Made by a program: the position numbers and the translations under genes. Shown here piece after piece: positions 37,601-50,836 of a stretch of 64,000 nt of DNA. Origin of the DNA: Dicyema japonicum (Eukaryota; Animalia; Dicyemida); contig RDEW01000041.1 in the NCBI GenBank assembly GCA_011109175.1, positions 434,001-498,000 on the forward strand. Direction: 5' to 3'. Each line of letters begins with the position of its first letter. The stretch's first letter is position 1. A model generated the notes under the pieces. That model did not search any database and had not been told where the DNA came from. It was given only the letters and a program-made list of their open reading frames with translations.

Positions 37601-37770
37601 CCACTGAATCAACAATAGGCGAAAATCAAGAATAGGGGAATAATCTCAATAGGCGAAAATCAAGAATAGGAGAATAGTCTCAATAGGCGAAAATAGTCAA
37701 TAAGAGAAAGTCAAAAATAGGAAAATAATCACAATAGGCGAAAACAACAACACACAACGACAACACGTTT
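34640..37770 (-). mobile_element. Near-intact CRE-clade non-LTR retrotransposon: PHD finger, RT, Zn knuckle, REL endonuclease
   Basis: ORFs 36043-37599 and 34673-36058 joined by one frame break; GGIRPIAVG, GCEAAVH, DIKNAFN, GVQQGDPLGP, WYLDD, CRC..H..C, RH..N, EP..DGKRPDG..WDVT; (TAAA)n tail. Confidence 0.93.
37613..37745 (-). repeat. Tandem ~27-35 bp repeats in the CRE 5' UTR
   Basis: CAATAGGCGAAAA core four times, plus partial AATAGG units. Confidence 0.85.
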
Positions 37771-37922
37771 TTTTTTTTTGAATGGTAACAGTGATAGAAA
37801 ATCTTCTTAATTGTTCCACTTTTATCATGATTATTCGAAACATGAAATTTCCAGTATGAACTTAATTGTTCCACTTTTGTCCTAATTATAGTTCGGAGAG
37901 AGAGTTTTTGTTTAGTATTAAA

Positions 37923-39270
37923 ATGGTTGATACAGAAAACTCAAAAGACTTCAGTCATTTTCAACCACTTGTCATTTGCGACACAATATGCACTCAATCT
38001 AATAATAAATCAGTCCAGTTGTCACATGAAGGAAGCCAGTCCATGTTGTACTATGAGTGCAGAGATGTAACCGCGTAAATAATTCATAGGTATTGTTTAA
38101 AAACCAGAATGGGTGGAATGCCCATGTCAGAATCTTATTGATTATTTGAGTTCATGTTGACTTAGTCTTATTAATGAAGTTATTCTTGTTGCTTGAAGTG
38201 CTTATTGCTGTGATCACGAGGTAGTCAATGTTTTACATTTTTAGTTCAGAAGATATTATACACAATTATGGACGTTATAAAACAGTGGGAGTTATCGAAT
38301 TGTGCATACAATTTAGATTTTGTCTTTTTCGTTTTTTATTCAAACATTCATGAAAAATATCAACACGCTCATTAAGGAATTTGTCGAGGATCATGAATGT
38401 CATGCATCCTCTAATTAAGAGTCAAGTCTTGGAGAATTTTGTGGTATCTTTTAGGTGACCTTGTTTTACGTACGTGCTAGATGCAAACAGAGTAAATGCC
38501 ATGTTGTTTGTTTAATTGTGAGGATTGATCTTATTCTAGACTTCTTTTTACATTTTCCTGAAAATGATATCATTTTGCAAGATTAATTGCTATTTCCAGT
38601 TTTTTTAATATTGAAAATCTAAGAAAGTCAAGGGAAATTCGACCCCTGCTTCGGAATAGTGGTTTGGTTGCTTATATATTGTATGTCCGTGTGATTATGT
38701 TAGAGACTATGTCTATGACGATTATTGGTCGGACAAATCAGTGACTCTACGAAGACAATCAATTGGTTTCATAATTACTTTTTGAGGATTTTAATTTTTG
38801 TCTTCAACGTCCTGGCAGACATGTGCATATTTAATATCGCGGAATTTATGGATTTCCGAAAAACGGTTGAGAAACACTGTTTTATTGAAACATTCTCAGA
38901 TACATTAAGTAGGTGAGTCTCGATTATTTTTGTTAGCCTTTATTTATCTCTGATGATGAATCAGTTTTTCACTATAAAATCATATCTTCTATTTGAAAAT
39001 GTTTGTTCAACAAACAACGCAGATTCATCACAGCAAAAAATATTAGGTTGGTTAAATATTCAATTTGATTGGATTCCTCAATAAATTTTGTTGAAGAGTT
39101 TTACGACGCTGATAATCTTGAATAATTTACCATGGCTCTTTTTGAATCTACTAACAATTTATTTGAAAATCTGAAAATTTCATGATCTCTTCACCAATAA
39201 TGCACAAAATTTCTTTACTTGCTTTCAGCCTCAAAAAATTAGTCTGTTATTTTTGATATATAATTTTTGT
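37923..39270 (+). pseudogene. Unidentified multi-exon gene, apparently decayed
   Basis: ATG at 37923 and a run of 23-34 nt GT-AG introns (e.g. gtaaccgcgtaaataattcatag, gtagtcaatgttttacatttttag, gtgagtctcgattatttttgttag); stops in exons. Confidence 0.45.
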
Positions 39271-41390
39271 GAATTTTCCAGATTTTTTCGAAATTTCAAA
39301 AATAACATTATCGGATTAATTAATGACGCAAAAAGTTACAAAAGTGAAAAGCAACCCAGCAAAGTCGGCCTACACAACACTTCCCGTCCTCCGGGAACTA
39401 CAAATATCTACTCATTCACAGTTGAGAACAAGACACTGTGCAGAGCTATAGAATTTGAAATAGATAGAAATGGCTATAATAGCGATCAACTAAGAGCACC
39501 TAATTTTGAGAACGAAACCCAATAATGGAAACCTGACGAATTCCAACCGATTCCACTATGAGATACTCAGGCACCCTTGTTGTACTGATGTCAGTCATGT
39601 CAAACTACAAGCTCGATAAGAATCGCCAATATATTGTATCTCCACAATGAGTCAAGATCTATGCGGATGAGTCACAGAAGCCCTGGTATCTTCCATCTCG
39701 AATTCTACAAAAAATCTGATAAGACAACCTTTATGGAAACCGTGGACAATATCTGTCCATTGAACTGGAAAACCACAAATTCAGAGAAATAACTTCGAGG
39801 TCATCAGAAATTGTAATGAAGAACCTACCCTTTTAGGTGGAATACAGTGACCTCCTGGACTACCTTTTAGAGATAGCCCCATCCACTACGAAGATTTGTT
39901 CAGAAGAGTGCATACGTTGCCAATGGCCAAGGCGTCAATCGGGCACAAACAGGAGGCCACATAGCAAATCCGTGAGGCTTTTTTACGGAAGAAACATGGT
40001 CACTTGAAATATGGATTCGGTAAGACCGTTGATTTGTTATGACTACCAAAAAATCGGGCACTTTGCGTACCAATGCAAAAATTGTTTCCGCTGTGCAGGA
40101 GAACACGACATCTCCGAATGCAGGCGGATCTTGCGTCGAAAACAAATGTGTCAATTGTGGATTTTCTAAAACACGGAGAAAGATATGGAAGATGCCCCGT
40201 GATAATAGAAGCTAGAAAAAAAACTTAATACTCGCAGCAATAAAACGGAACCAAGACAGAAGAAAAAGACCAAAGTTGAATGCAACAAGGAAACACCGCT
40301 GAAAATAAACACGGTCTCAAAGTCAATGAAACCGAGAGATAAGAATAAACGACCCCCGAAATAGTAGGCACGAGAATCGGTTCGGCAGACCCGAAATAAC
40401 ATGCCTGAAGATATCTTCAAGAAGTTAGAAGATATAATCTCAAGATTAAAAAGGTTTTGACTTTACAATGGAAAGCATCATGAGCTAACACCCTGAAAAA
40501 GAGGCGCCCAAGACCCAATGGCGACTGACGATACTGAAAATTATGCTGAGATAGCATTACATCGGATGAGCTCAACCGTTTTTCTCACCTTGGTGGATTC
40601 ATGCTTTAGTTTTTCCTTGTATCACCGCTACTATCACCCTATGTGGAGAGACCAAGAACAATGCGGGATATTGGTAGTGACCATTTTCTACAGGAACTGG
40701 TCTTGAATTTAGTACCAGATGTCATTCACACATCAAATGAAAAGACTACAGGAATTACCTCACAAGGAACCTAAAAAAGTGGACGGAGGAACCCATTTCA
40801 ACAAATGAAATCAAAAATACGAACCGCGATCTTACAAACATCATAGGGACATATTTGCAACTATATGCTAAGAAGAATTCTCGAATGCACACCGTAAGAA
40901 ATTTATCCACATTTCACCTATAACCTTGGAACAGATTAAAGAAAAAAAATCGACTGAGAACTAGCTTAAGAAGATACGTTGACCGGATGAACCACATGGC
41001 GCTACGGATCGGCTCAAATAACCAAAAGAACCATCGTATGCTGGCAGTAAGTACGGAAACCTTCCTTTTCATTTCACGAAGATAATCCTACCGAGGTTAT
41101 TACATGGATGCGAGGCGTGGTACCTATCCACGAAGAAAGAAAGGATATTATCACTACTGGCGAAGTCTAAAAGATCAGCCATAAAGTTAGCCCTGGGCAG
41201 AAGACTACGCGACGTCCTGAGTACTGAAAAAGACGGAAGTCTTGCCCCAGTGAAGCAAATTGTGAAAAACAGGATTTGTAGATTCCTACGTAAGAAAGCA
41301 CATTAATTATGGAGATGGGGGACGTCAAAATACCAGGCCGCAAAGCGACTATTTAAAACCCCTATATCTAACTCCTAATCCGGGAAGTTT
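39270..41390 (+). mobile_element. Degenerate LINE with gag-like CCHC knuckles and RT thumb
   Basis: C..C.K.GH...C..CAG.H remnants; IILPRLLHGCEAW. Confidence 0.55.
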
Positions 41391-41673
41391 GTCGAGATTT
41401 ATTTGTTATTGACCAGCCTCGATGGACTTTTAGATCATCTAAGAATTGTGATATTTGAAAGAGTTTGTCAAAAGAATTTTGATTGTTTATATCAATGTTA
41501 ATAAGATTTTAGAAACAAATTGGTGTTTTGTTCACATCAGAAAACATTTGGATTTGAAAAAAGTCAGTCTAGCAGAAATAATGAATTAGTCCAAGTATGA
41601 AATTAATTGCCATCAAGTGAGGAAACGTATTGTTAATAATTTATTAAAAGGAAGATTAGTTAACTTGAAGACT

Positions 41674-43206
41674 TCATTCGTGACGATTAATGTAATCCTA
41701 AAATCTTAAAAATAACAACATTGTAGTTTGTTCTAAAAATCGCAGCATAGAAATGGATCTCTTCCATATTGGAGTTTAAACATACATTCTCAATTTTCTG
41801 AATAATGTCATGTGGAATCATCATTTCCATAAATATATTTGCTACTTTAAAAATAAAGATTAACGATAGTCGGTAGTTAAATTGGCACATTCCCACATAA
41901 CCCAAAGCCAAATACGCTCATCCGTGTTCACATTTAATAAATTTATATTTGACATCAATGACCTTCGAAATAGAAAATTAGACTACCGAGTAAAATAATG
42001 GATATTGAAATTTGCTTGATGCGGATTATCTTTTATAAATTGGTAAATATTATTTAGAATATATTCTTTTGGACTCAAATCACCGAAATCGAAATTTACA
42101 AATGTAGGCAAAATATGATTCGGATCCCCCAATATAAAAGTCATGCAACTCCGGATAAAATATTGCCCGTCAAAAAGAGTTGATTTAAGTCAGGATTCCT
42201 TTCAATGAAACACCGATTTTACAATAAATCTTCTATTACTCCACACGTCGCCAGTAAACCTCTTGCTTTTGGATATTTAGCTAGAGTTGCCACAATTTTG
42301 ATGATTCTAATGGTGATATAATGACCTGAAATTCCATCTATCTGAACTCTTTTAAAAGCATTGTGAATTTGAGGAATTCCATCCAAATCAACAAACAAAT
42401 CCACGTTTTTTTCATTTTCGTCTAAATAAATATATGTTGAATGCCTAAAAGATATCTCAACACATTGAATAAGCCAGAAGTCATGCAGTTGCATTTTTCA
42501 AGAAATTTAAAGCAATACAAGGATTATTTTTTCATTAATTTTAAACTTTGACAAGTCCGGAATAGCCTAGATAAGTCAAAAAGTTTATGTTATATCTTTC
42601 ATAATTTCACTTTCGTAGCTGTACCAAAAACACATTTTTTTAAGCATGTATGAGAATGAAGGTATCTAAAAAATTTTAAAAATTTCAAACGAAAACTAAA
42701 GTCTCCCATGGTTTTACAAACTTTAATATGCTTACACAATCAGTAATTTTCTAAAAATTTGAAATTACAGTACATTTTCATCATCATCAAAAGGTCGGTA
42801 AGGATGAACCACGTTAAGAAAAGTATCATAAATCATGCTAAGAATAGAATCAACACATACCAACGATTAAAGTAAGAAATTTCATAGTCTTGGGTGATCT
42901 CAATAAGAATAGTCCTGGAGTAATAAAATTCGCTTACATGATATTATCTGAAATCACAAACTCTGTCTCATATAACTGGTCGAAAAACTGAACTAATATT
43001 TTTAAATACTTTAAAAATCGACTTAATATTTTATTTCTAAATTTTTTATTTCCATTGCACATTACATAAATGACTTTATACAATTGTTTTTCATCTCCTA
43101 AATCTAAGACAGATCTGAGTAAGTTGTTTACAAGTGATTCTTTATCATTCTATAATATATCATAAAATTTACCGATTCGTTTATATCCACACTCAAATTT
43201 GTAATT
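41674..43206 (-). pseudogene. ZYG-11/ZER1-like gene, 3' (ARM-repeat) part, copy A
   Basis: DENEKNVDLFVDLDGIPQI..IIKIVATLA..R..L and RRSLMSNINLL..WLWVMWECANL resemble ZER1/ZYG11 ARM repeats; micro-introns. Confidence 0.6.
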
Positions 43207-43224
43207 CGATTTTAACAACCAAAA

Positions 43225-45905
43225 AAGTAATTTATTTAATTAAGACAATAAAATCGTTCTAAAGTCCAGCGGATATGATCGAGTGGCTGTTACCTCTGAC
43301 TACTGCCAGGGATATCCTTTGGAAAAGCCACTCGGTTTCCCGACGCTCCCTCGAGGCTTTGGTCAATAGACACCCAAGTGCTCTAAGGAAAGAGACCGTC
43401 TTGGGGCCAAAGACTCCGCTCGTCTCGACGACCACTGGCTGTACATGGAAACGGTTTAGGAGGCTGCTGTATTTCTTTATTTTTGAGTTTTCATATAAAC
43501 GGGCGGCCTCTCCCGCTTTCATTGCCGACCTCAAAAGTTTCGACTGGGAAAAGCTGTCAGTACAGGCAGCATCCCAAATTAAGCATTTGCCCCGAGAGAA
43601 GGGGAAGACAGTAATTCCATCGGGTCGCTTCCCATCATCCCTACTCAAGCCCGTTGGCTCTAGAATGGATGGGTATCCCGCCAACTCGAGGGCGCGCTTC
43701 ACCACTTCATTTATAGCCTTGTGTCTAGCGAATCGACCTGCGCTTTTTCGACAAGAAAGGGCATGATGTCCATAGCAGTCGACCTTCCGGCCGCATCGGC
43801 ACTCATGGGGTTGACAAACTTTCAATCCAAGTCTGATGGAGACTCCGGTGCGGACCGTTTCATCGTCTAGGTGAGTTCCCACGTTTCCAATGGGTAGGGC
43901 ATTGATCCAAGCCCGCTCCACTCGCATCTTGCAGTTAAAAGACAGGCTCGTCGTGTTGGTTAGATATTTTCAAAAGCCTCTCGTATTTATCCTCGCAAAC
44001 AGACTCATAAAGGTCTCTCTGCCCGAGTTGTTTGACTTTAGGGTGTACCAAATCTTCGATCTTTGACGACTCTGATGGGAGCTGGAGAATCATCATGATC
44101 AAATTCTGATTGGAGTCCAATGAGGATTGATATGCCGGGTGTGCAAATCAGATGGTGAGAGAATTCCGAGTCCACCAAAGCGAACGGGCAAGGTTGCTTG
44201 TTCCCATCCTTGTTCGTCGAATTCGACATTAGTAATACGTTCGGTCGTAGACCGGAATAGGGAGTCAATCGCCCCGAGTTGTTGCATTTTCAGGTAACAT
44301 GGAGCCCTCGAAGGACGTAATTTAATTTCTGCGTGGATAAAGCGTTTTCATGAGAAAAAGAGAGGTATGTACATCCAGCATCCCAAGGCGTAAAAAAGTT
44401 TTTCTTAGTTGCTGTTCTTTAGCCAACAGAGTGTCGTTAATTCCAGTTTCAGCCAGAGGGCATCCAAGTATTTCCAAATGATCCGGCTCGATTTCCGATA
44501 TTTTAGGAATAATCCCCCGAAACATTAATAGGATCCGATTCCATTCATATCGGGAGAATCCATAATTAACAATTTCGCATTTGGATGCGTTTAGCTTTAA
44601 ACCAAGCGTATCCAATTGGTTAGTAATCTCTGTAGACAGTCATATACATTGTTAGGATGACCTCCCAGGGTGCAATCATCCAAATACCACACGTTCAGCG
44701 GAGTAGTAAGGCATCTCATGACACGGTCGACACCGAGGCAGAACAATGCCGGTCCTAGTGGGTCTCCTTGTTGAACCCCACACGACGAGGGAATGAAGTA
44801 TTTCCCATGTACAAGACTGGACGGTTTTCCATACGAACAATGAACATAATTATATAGACGGGTAATGGGTAAGACAATCTTCCAAAATTACATCGCGCCG
44901 TATGGTATTGAAGGCGTTTTTTATGTCAATCTTGAGGACCACACAAGGCATGTTCGTTCTGTTTCCAGTAAACATCCGAACGGCATGAACCGCCGCCTCA
45001 CATCCACCAGGAGTACCGACCCCTACTTGGGTTGGTCGCAGTTGTTTGACAAGCATCGGAAGGATTGCTCTGCTAGCAAGTTTAGAAGCCAGTCGACGAA
45101 AAACAAACCCAACAGCAATAGGACGAATTCCTCCTCCACATTTATCAAAGGCAATTAACTTGGCGGAAAACATAATATGACGGATTGCTTCTGGTAATCT
45201 TCCGGAAAGCATTCTGTTGATTAACCTCGTTATAGCCGATAATAGCCGAACACCAGAGTTCCCCGTATTCTGATCAATTAAGTCTTTTAGGTGTCCTGGA
45301 CGGAGTCCGTCGAGTCCGCCACTGCTGCTTGGGCGAATGAGAGGATCGCATCTTTCACGTCCCCCTCAGAAATAATCAGACTAGGTAATTCTCCAGAGCA
45401 AGTAGGGATCTGCTCGTCCACTGGCGTACCAGGATGTCGTTCAACCAGTGCATCGTAGGAGTGTTCAGTTGGCTCAATTAGACGGTTATGCTCTTCTAGA
45501 GTCCTCACGGCGGCCCGGACTCCACCTTCAGATAGTTTGCGATGTATCGCTCTCAATCTTTGTGTTTCTGAGGCATGGTTCTCGTGGTTTGAGGGCTTGA
45601 AGGTATATTCTCGGGAGTCACTGAACAAATTTCCAGAAGAAAACAAGCAAATATTTTCCTTTACAATAGACGTGAGCGATTCCTGATCTTTCCTCTTCTG
45701 ACAGGGCATACATAGCGTGTATGGTGCAAAGTAGAATAATCGTGTCCAATCAACTTGGTCAGTCGAAGAAATTGCCCTTTCAATACAATCGTGTAAACAG
45801 TCGGCGGCAGGAACACGGGCTGCTTTTGGAATTTTGATCATGATCCTGCGTGTAGATGCCAGGTTTGCAATTGATTCAAGGGTTTGTCTGGTAATCTTAT
45901 TGGTA
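43225..45905 (-). mobile_element. CRE-clade element, 5'-truncated, several frameshifts
   Basis: ORFs 45287-45841, 44850-45212, 44322-44615 and 43259-43927 carry RT and REL motifs. Confidence 0.92.
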
Positions 45906-46465
45906 TCATTCTCACTTCAAGAATATGATGACCCAGATTTGCTACATTCCCTATTTATGACTGGATTTAACAAAATCAAATCCCTTGAGCTTGGCGATTT
46001 AGAAAATGATAAAATAATTTTTAAAAAACAGCACAATTAAAATAATGGATAAACTTGAGCATATATACTTTATGAACGTTCAAATTATTGACTTTGAAGA
46101 GTTTGCCGCTAAACCTAAACAGTCCAGAGTCTCTGTGGTTTTAATTTATATCAAATTCAGTGATTTTAAGCATGCAACTAATGAATATGATGAAACAAAT
46201 ATTGATGCATTTAAGGTTAATTGTATTCCTCTTCTCGAAAAAACCAAAAATCTAACATTTCTCGATCTATCGAGTATAATATAGAATGGAAAAATTAACA
46301 AAGTTATTCGATTATAATAATCATAGACACGTGGCCAAACATGGATTGAGAAAAAATAATTTGGACCTAATTACAAATTTCAGTGTGGATATAAACGAAT
46401 CGGTAAATTTTATGATATATCATAGAATAATAAAGAATCACTTGTAAACAACTTACTCAGATCTG
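45906..46465 (+). repeat. Inverted duplicate of ZYG-11-like LRR segment
   Basis: Near-identical reverse complement of 54534-55092. Confidence 0.9.
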
Positions 46466-46784
46466 AACCGCACACCCATTCTTTTCATGCAAGATAAGCG
46501 ACGTGCACCTGAGCAATTCCAACGTTAATGCAAGTAATTTGTTCAGAAACTCTTTTTTTTCTTGGAGATAAGTTACCATCTCATTATCTTCCAATTACAT
46601 CAGCTTTCATGAGTAATCAGTTCCACTAGGATGTTAGGCGCAGACGTCCTTAGTAACACTAATGTATGCCCATTTTGTCAATTGAATGTAAATCAATAAA
46701 ATTTAAATAATAAAACTGGGATGATGTTTACTGGTGTAATATTGAGCATCTTTAATTCTCAACAAGGACACACTTTTGATACTT

Positions 46785-47165
46785 CCATATTTATTATTTA
46801 TTTTAAAACCCAAAGACCACCAAAAAAGAAAGAATTAACTCGATAAATTAAGTGATCCCAGCCTCCAACATCTCTCGAATTCTCTTCGAATCTCCGCAGT
46901 GAACCAACACCGTTCCTGAAATGTCTTTTATTTCTGCAAGGAATTCTATCGGAGTGCACTTTTTTAATACCGATTTATATGCATCATTAATTATTTAGTT
47001 GTAAGAAAAAAATCATTAATTATTTAGATGTAAGTAGACCTCCGATGTAAACGGAGAGAGCAAATGATTTTGTGTCAACCTACCATTGGCCGAAACCTGA
47101 AACAGATGAATCACATGACACCACTCTAATAGAAGACAAGTAGAAAAAAAGATGAGAAACTTTAT
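46785..47165 (-). mobile_element. Ingi-like LINE 3' end plus decayed 5' structured-RNA copy
   Basis: 46800-46975 matches 14095-14260; 47050-47160 reverse complement contains GTGGTGTCATGTGATTC..ATCATTTGCTCTC. Confidence 0.7.
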
Positions 47166-48127
47166 CAGAGTATACCTATTAAGGGACATCGAACCAATGT
47201 GCTATTTACAGTATGACACCCTAAGCACTAAGCTACCTAAGTAGCTTACAGTTGTAAGGATTCATTTGAGTTTACCGATCATTTTCTAGAAATTTGTAAA
47301 TAAGTGTTAAAATAGTTAAATATTTAAGCCACGTAAAATAATCATTGATTTATCATGACGACACGTGGTTTTCTGCTGTGGTGACTCTCAGTGTATATTA
47401 TACACGAGGGGAATCAGTTTATCTCTCCAACCTCAGCATTTACTTCGATTAGTGGATATTCTCGTTCTCCCTTTGTTGCTTCTGTTAGGCTTTGGAACAA
47501 AACCTCATTTCTGACTCTTCTCTAACGATCATTCTTTAAGGATACCAGCAGAAATGACAGGAGCTTGGCTCCTGATTGCAAACCTCAAGTGACATGCTTA
47601 CACAGGAGTCGAAGCTTACATATCTGTCCCATCCTTGTTTCCAAGATAGTCTATTTCGAGAGGACCATGTGAAAGATTTGATCGACTCCTAAAATTATCA
47701 TGAGAGAGCTTTTATTCATGGTGTCTTTTTATATTCATAATTTATTGGGGCAATGTCGGTGGAATGTGGTGATTTGAACTCTTGGCTTCGATCACCATCC
47801 ACCGACAGTCCTGGCAAGGACTGATCCAATCCAGAATAGTTAAAGGTTATAGTTCTTAATGAGTGTAGATGTTGCGATAGTTGAATTGGTTGCATTTCTA
47901 AAATTTCCTGAGATTCAAAAAACTAGTTATATCAACATAGATTTAATTTTCGAAATAGTATTTTACTGCAGCATGGCAACTTCCCCATCTAATAATTATA
48001 AAGGTACCTTGTCAAAAAATCTGGAAGACATCCAGTATCTCTGAAAGGATGTCTAGATTTATTCTTTGCACTCAAATTTCTTTGATAAATAGTAGAGCAT
48101 GCATCTTAAAATTAAAAATTTTAAAAT

Positions 48128-48352
48128 TATTTCCAAAGACCAAGGGTAACCAAACTAACTAACTCCTCGATCCTGAGTCGTTCCAGCATTCTAGAACTTG
48201 TCACCAGTTAACGACGTTGTCCCCAAGGAAGAATTGTTGGATCCTCTTAATGCCGGCCAAGCATTGGGCTCCTCCACAGTAAGGTGATCCAATGACGCCA
48301 TAAGAAAATAAATAATTTTACCAAACTATCTAGCACCACATGGCGCAACGAG
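48128..48352 (-). mobile_element. Short non-autonomous retroelement, copy 3
   Basis: Reverse complement starts CTCGTTGCGCCATGTGGTGC; fold TGGCGTCA-TTGGATC-ACC..TGCT/GGCA..GATCCAA; tail TTAGTT..CTTGGTCTTTGGAAATAAT. Confidence 0.7.
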
Positions 48353-48699
48353 ATTTTTAGGATTTTTAAAATTTTTAAATCTTAGATTTGTTATATATTG
48401 ATTTAGTAGCATTTATAATTCAGAAAATAATTAATTAATTAAAAATTACATTTTTAATTTTCAGATTAAATTATGAACAAACACGAATTATAAGATCATA
48501 CAATTAAAATATCACAAAAATTTGAACCCATTTTTATAGTTTCTGGTATAGTTATTTGCCATCAGTTTTACATTTACCTAACTTATTAATTTATAGCATT
48601 TTAAGTCAGAAAAATGAATACACGTTTATTAAGTGTTGTGGTGTGATCAACAAAAATCTCAGATGGAACATAAAGAACGAAAAGAAGACAAAGTACGAG

Positions 48700-50380
48700 G
48701 AACAAATCCAGTACGGACAAATCAGGTATGTTTTTTTATGTGGAAATCGAAGATCAGGAAATATGGGATTAACTGTACACAATGTGAATCATTCGCCAAT
48801 CTGGGCTGCATAAAAATGAGTAAAGCTTGCGCCGAGACGCTGTCGAGTTGGGTGTGCCCCTCTTGTATTGGAATGGAGGCCCCCAAGCGCGAAAAAATAA
48901 CTCAGTCAAACTTTACACTGCCACATACAGACCATACTCTTTTGAAGATCTCGAACCTCAGGAAAGCCATGAAGATCCAGTAAAATCCCTAAAGGAGTAC
49001 GAATTGCCGCAGCAACGTGTCTTTCAGATGCCATTGATCACGCACTATCCTCTGACAGTTAGGAATCCTGGCTAAAACTTATATGCTTTGCACCTGTCGC
49101 ACTCGGAATACCTACAAAGGAATCTGAGGACAATAATAAAGAAACAAACTCCCGACTCAACTTATCCGGGAAAATGAAACGAAACATAATGAATTTTAGC
49201 TGTCATAACATACACGCAATACTTGAACATCCACTTAATGTCAATGAGGTCGAAACCAGAGGAGCATTCATTAAAGATGCCCCCAACAATCTAAAGGATA
49301 GAGTAAACCGGAAACTTCTGGAGGGCGACGTGCGGGAGCCTTACGGTTATCACATCCGATGACACAATATTGTCTTGTCACCCGAGGTCCTAAATACCTT
49401 AATACTAAAACATCCAGATGCACCGACTGACTATGAAAAGTTTTTGAATCCTGAAAGAACCCAGGAGATCATCATTACTAATCCGAAGTGCGCCACGGAA
49501 TAACTTCCTTCGCCGCTAGAAGCGGTGGAGGCTTGGAAGGGTTACGTCCTGGCCATATTTAGGACCTTACGTCCACTTACACCTCGGAAGCTGGACGATG
49601 TCTTGTCAAATCAATTACGGACCTAATCAGAAAAATGTTTAACCGCGACATCCCAAAATATGCCAAAGAATTGCTCTTCTCCCCAAGGCTACTTGCTTTC
49701 AAAAAACCCAACAGAGGAATCCACCCCATTGCGGTCGGGAACTATTTTAGAAGACTTGCAGCAAAAGTAGCATCGACCTGGTGAGCCGACAACTCGGAGA
49801 GAACTTCTTTCTTAAACAAATGGGTGTTAGTATCCATAACGGATGTGAGGCTGAGGTTCATGCAGCAAGGCGTTTCTTCACACATAAAAATATTTCAAAT
49901 GAATGCATTGGAATTAAGTTGGACATAACGAATGCCTTCAATTCTCTAAGAAGAGATGAAATTATGAAAACGTGTTGTAAGAGGGCTCCAAAGCTTTTCT
50001 CTCTTGTCAATTTATCCTATGGGGAAGATACGTCTTTGGTTTTTGAAAATGAAATTATTAAATCAAAAACGGGTGTCTAACAAGGAGATCCGGTCGGACC
50101 TCTCTTATTTGCCCTGACCATTGATGAGGTCGTGAGATCAATTGATGCTCAGCTAAATCTCTGGTAAATCGATGATGCCACAATTGAAGGATCGTTCAAG
50201 GAAACATACAAATCATTACGTAAAGCGTTACCCGCTTTAAAACATTTTGGTTTGGACATCAATGTTAACAAATTAGAGCTAATAAATGTCTCATATCCAT
50301 ACACCGACTTCCTCTCTATCAAGGAGTCTTTTAACGAACTGCTTCCTAGGATCCCGACTGTGCCAGTTGATAAATTTTCT
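48700..50380 (+). mobile_element. CRE-clade element 5' portion (PHD plus RT), degenerate
   Basis: KYGINCTQC..LGC..WVCPSC PHD; GCEAEVH, LDITNAFN, GV*QGDP. Confidence 0.85.
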
Positions 50381-50439
50381 CATTCATATTCAAAGGATTT
50401 TCTCACTCACTCAAAGCATTTTCTCACTCATATTAGAAA

Positions 50440-50810
50440 GACCTTTTCCAAGGTTATCACGACGAAGATATAACCATTGGTTATTTGAAGAGATTTATTG
50501 AATTTGTTTTATAAAGACCAAACTCTCAATTCTTCTGTTAACTTCTGTAGATATTATTTTTCAACATTTTTGACTGTTAATCCGACATCAGGACCCTCTA
50601 TTAATCCCAGATATTTATATCTTCCAATTATATCTAACATCCTTGATTCTTTCGATAATAGATCTGAGTTATAATCTGTCTTTTCCAGATTCTTTTCAAA
50701 CTCAACAGCTAAAATATATATTGTTAACGTCTTCGATCATTTTCATTATAACCGCTTCGTTATTCGAAACAATTTTCAGATCATCTATGGACAGATGACG
50801 GCTAGTCGAA
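50440..50810 (-). mobile_element. R4/Dong-clade RT fragment
   Basis: HLSIDDLKI, YKYLGLIE, LYLRRDNLGKG motifs. Confidence 0.55.
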
Positions 50811-50836
50811 AATGACGAAACTGTTCTATTTCTTCA

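Larger units (their letters stand above)
39268..43206. repeat. Segmental duplication, copy A (degenerate LINE plus 3' part of ZYG-11-like gene)
   Basis: Colinear high identity with 50837-54630, with reciprocal indels. Confidence 0.92.

Noticed and set aside
37613-37745. CRISPR-like or telomeric repeat
   Set aside because: Inter-core sequences are themselves related; it lies in a retrotransposon 5' UTR
43275-43766. Antisense ORFs over retroelements (also 15682-16092, 14493-14864, 37121-37405)
   Set aside because: Shadows of GC-richer coding strands with no independent motifs
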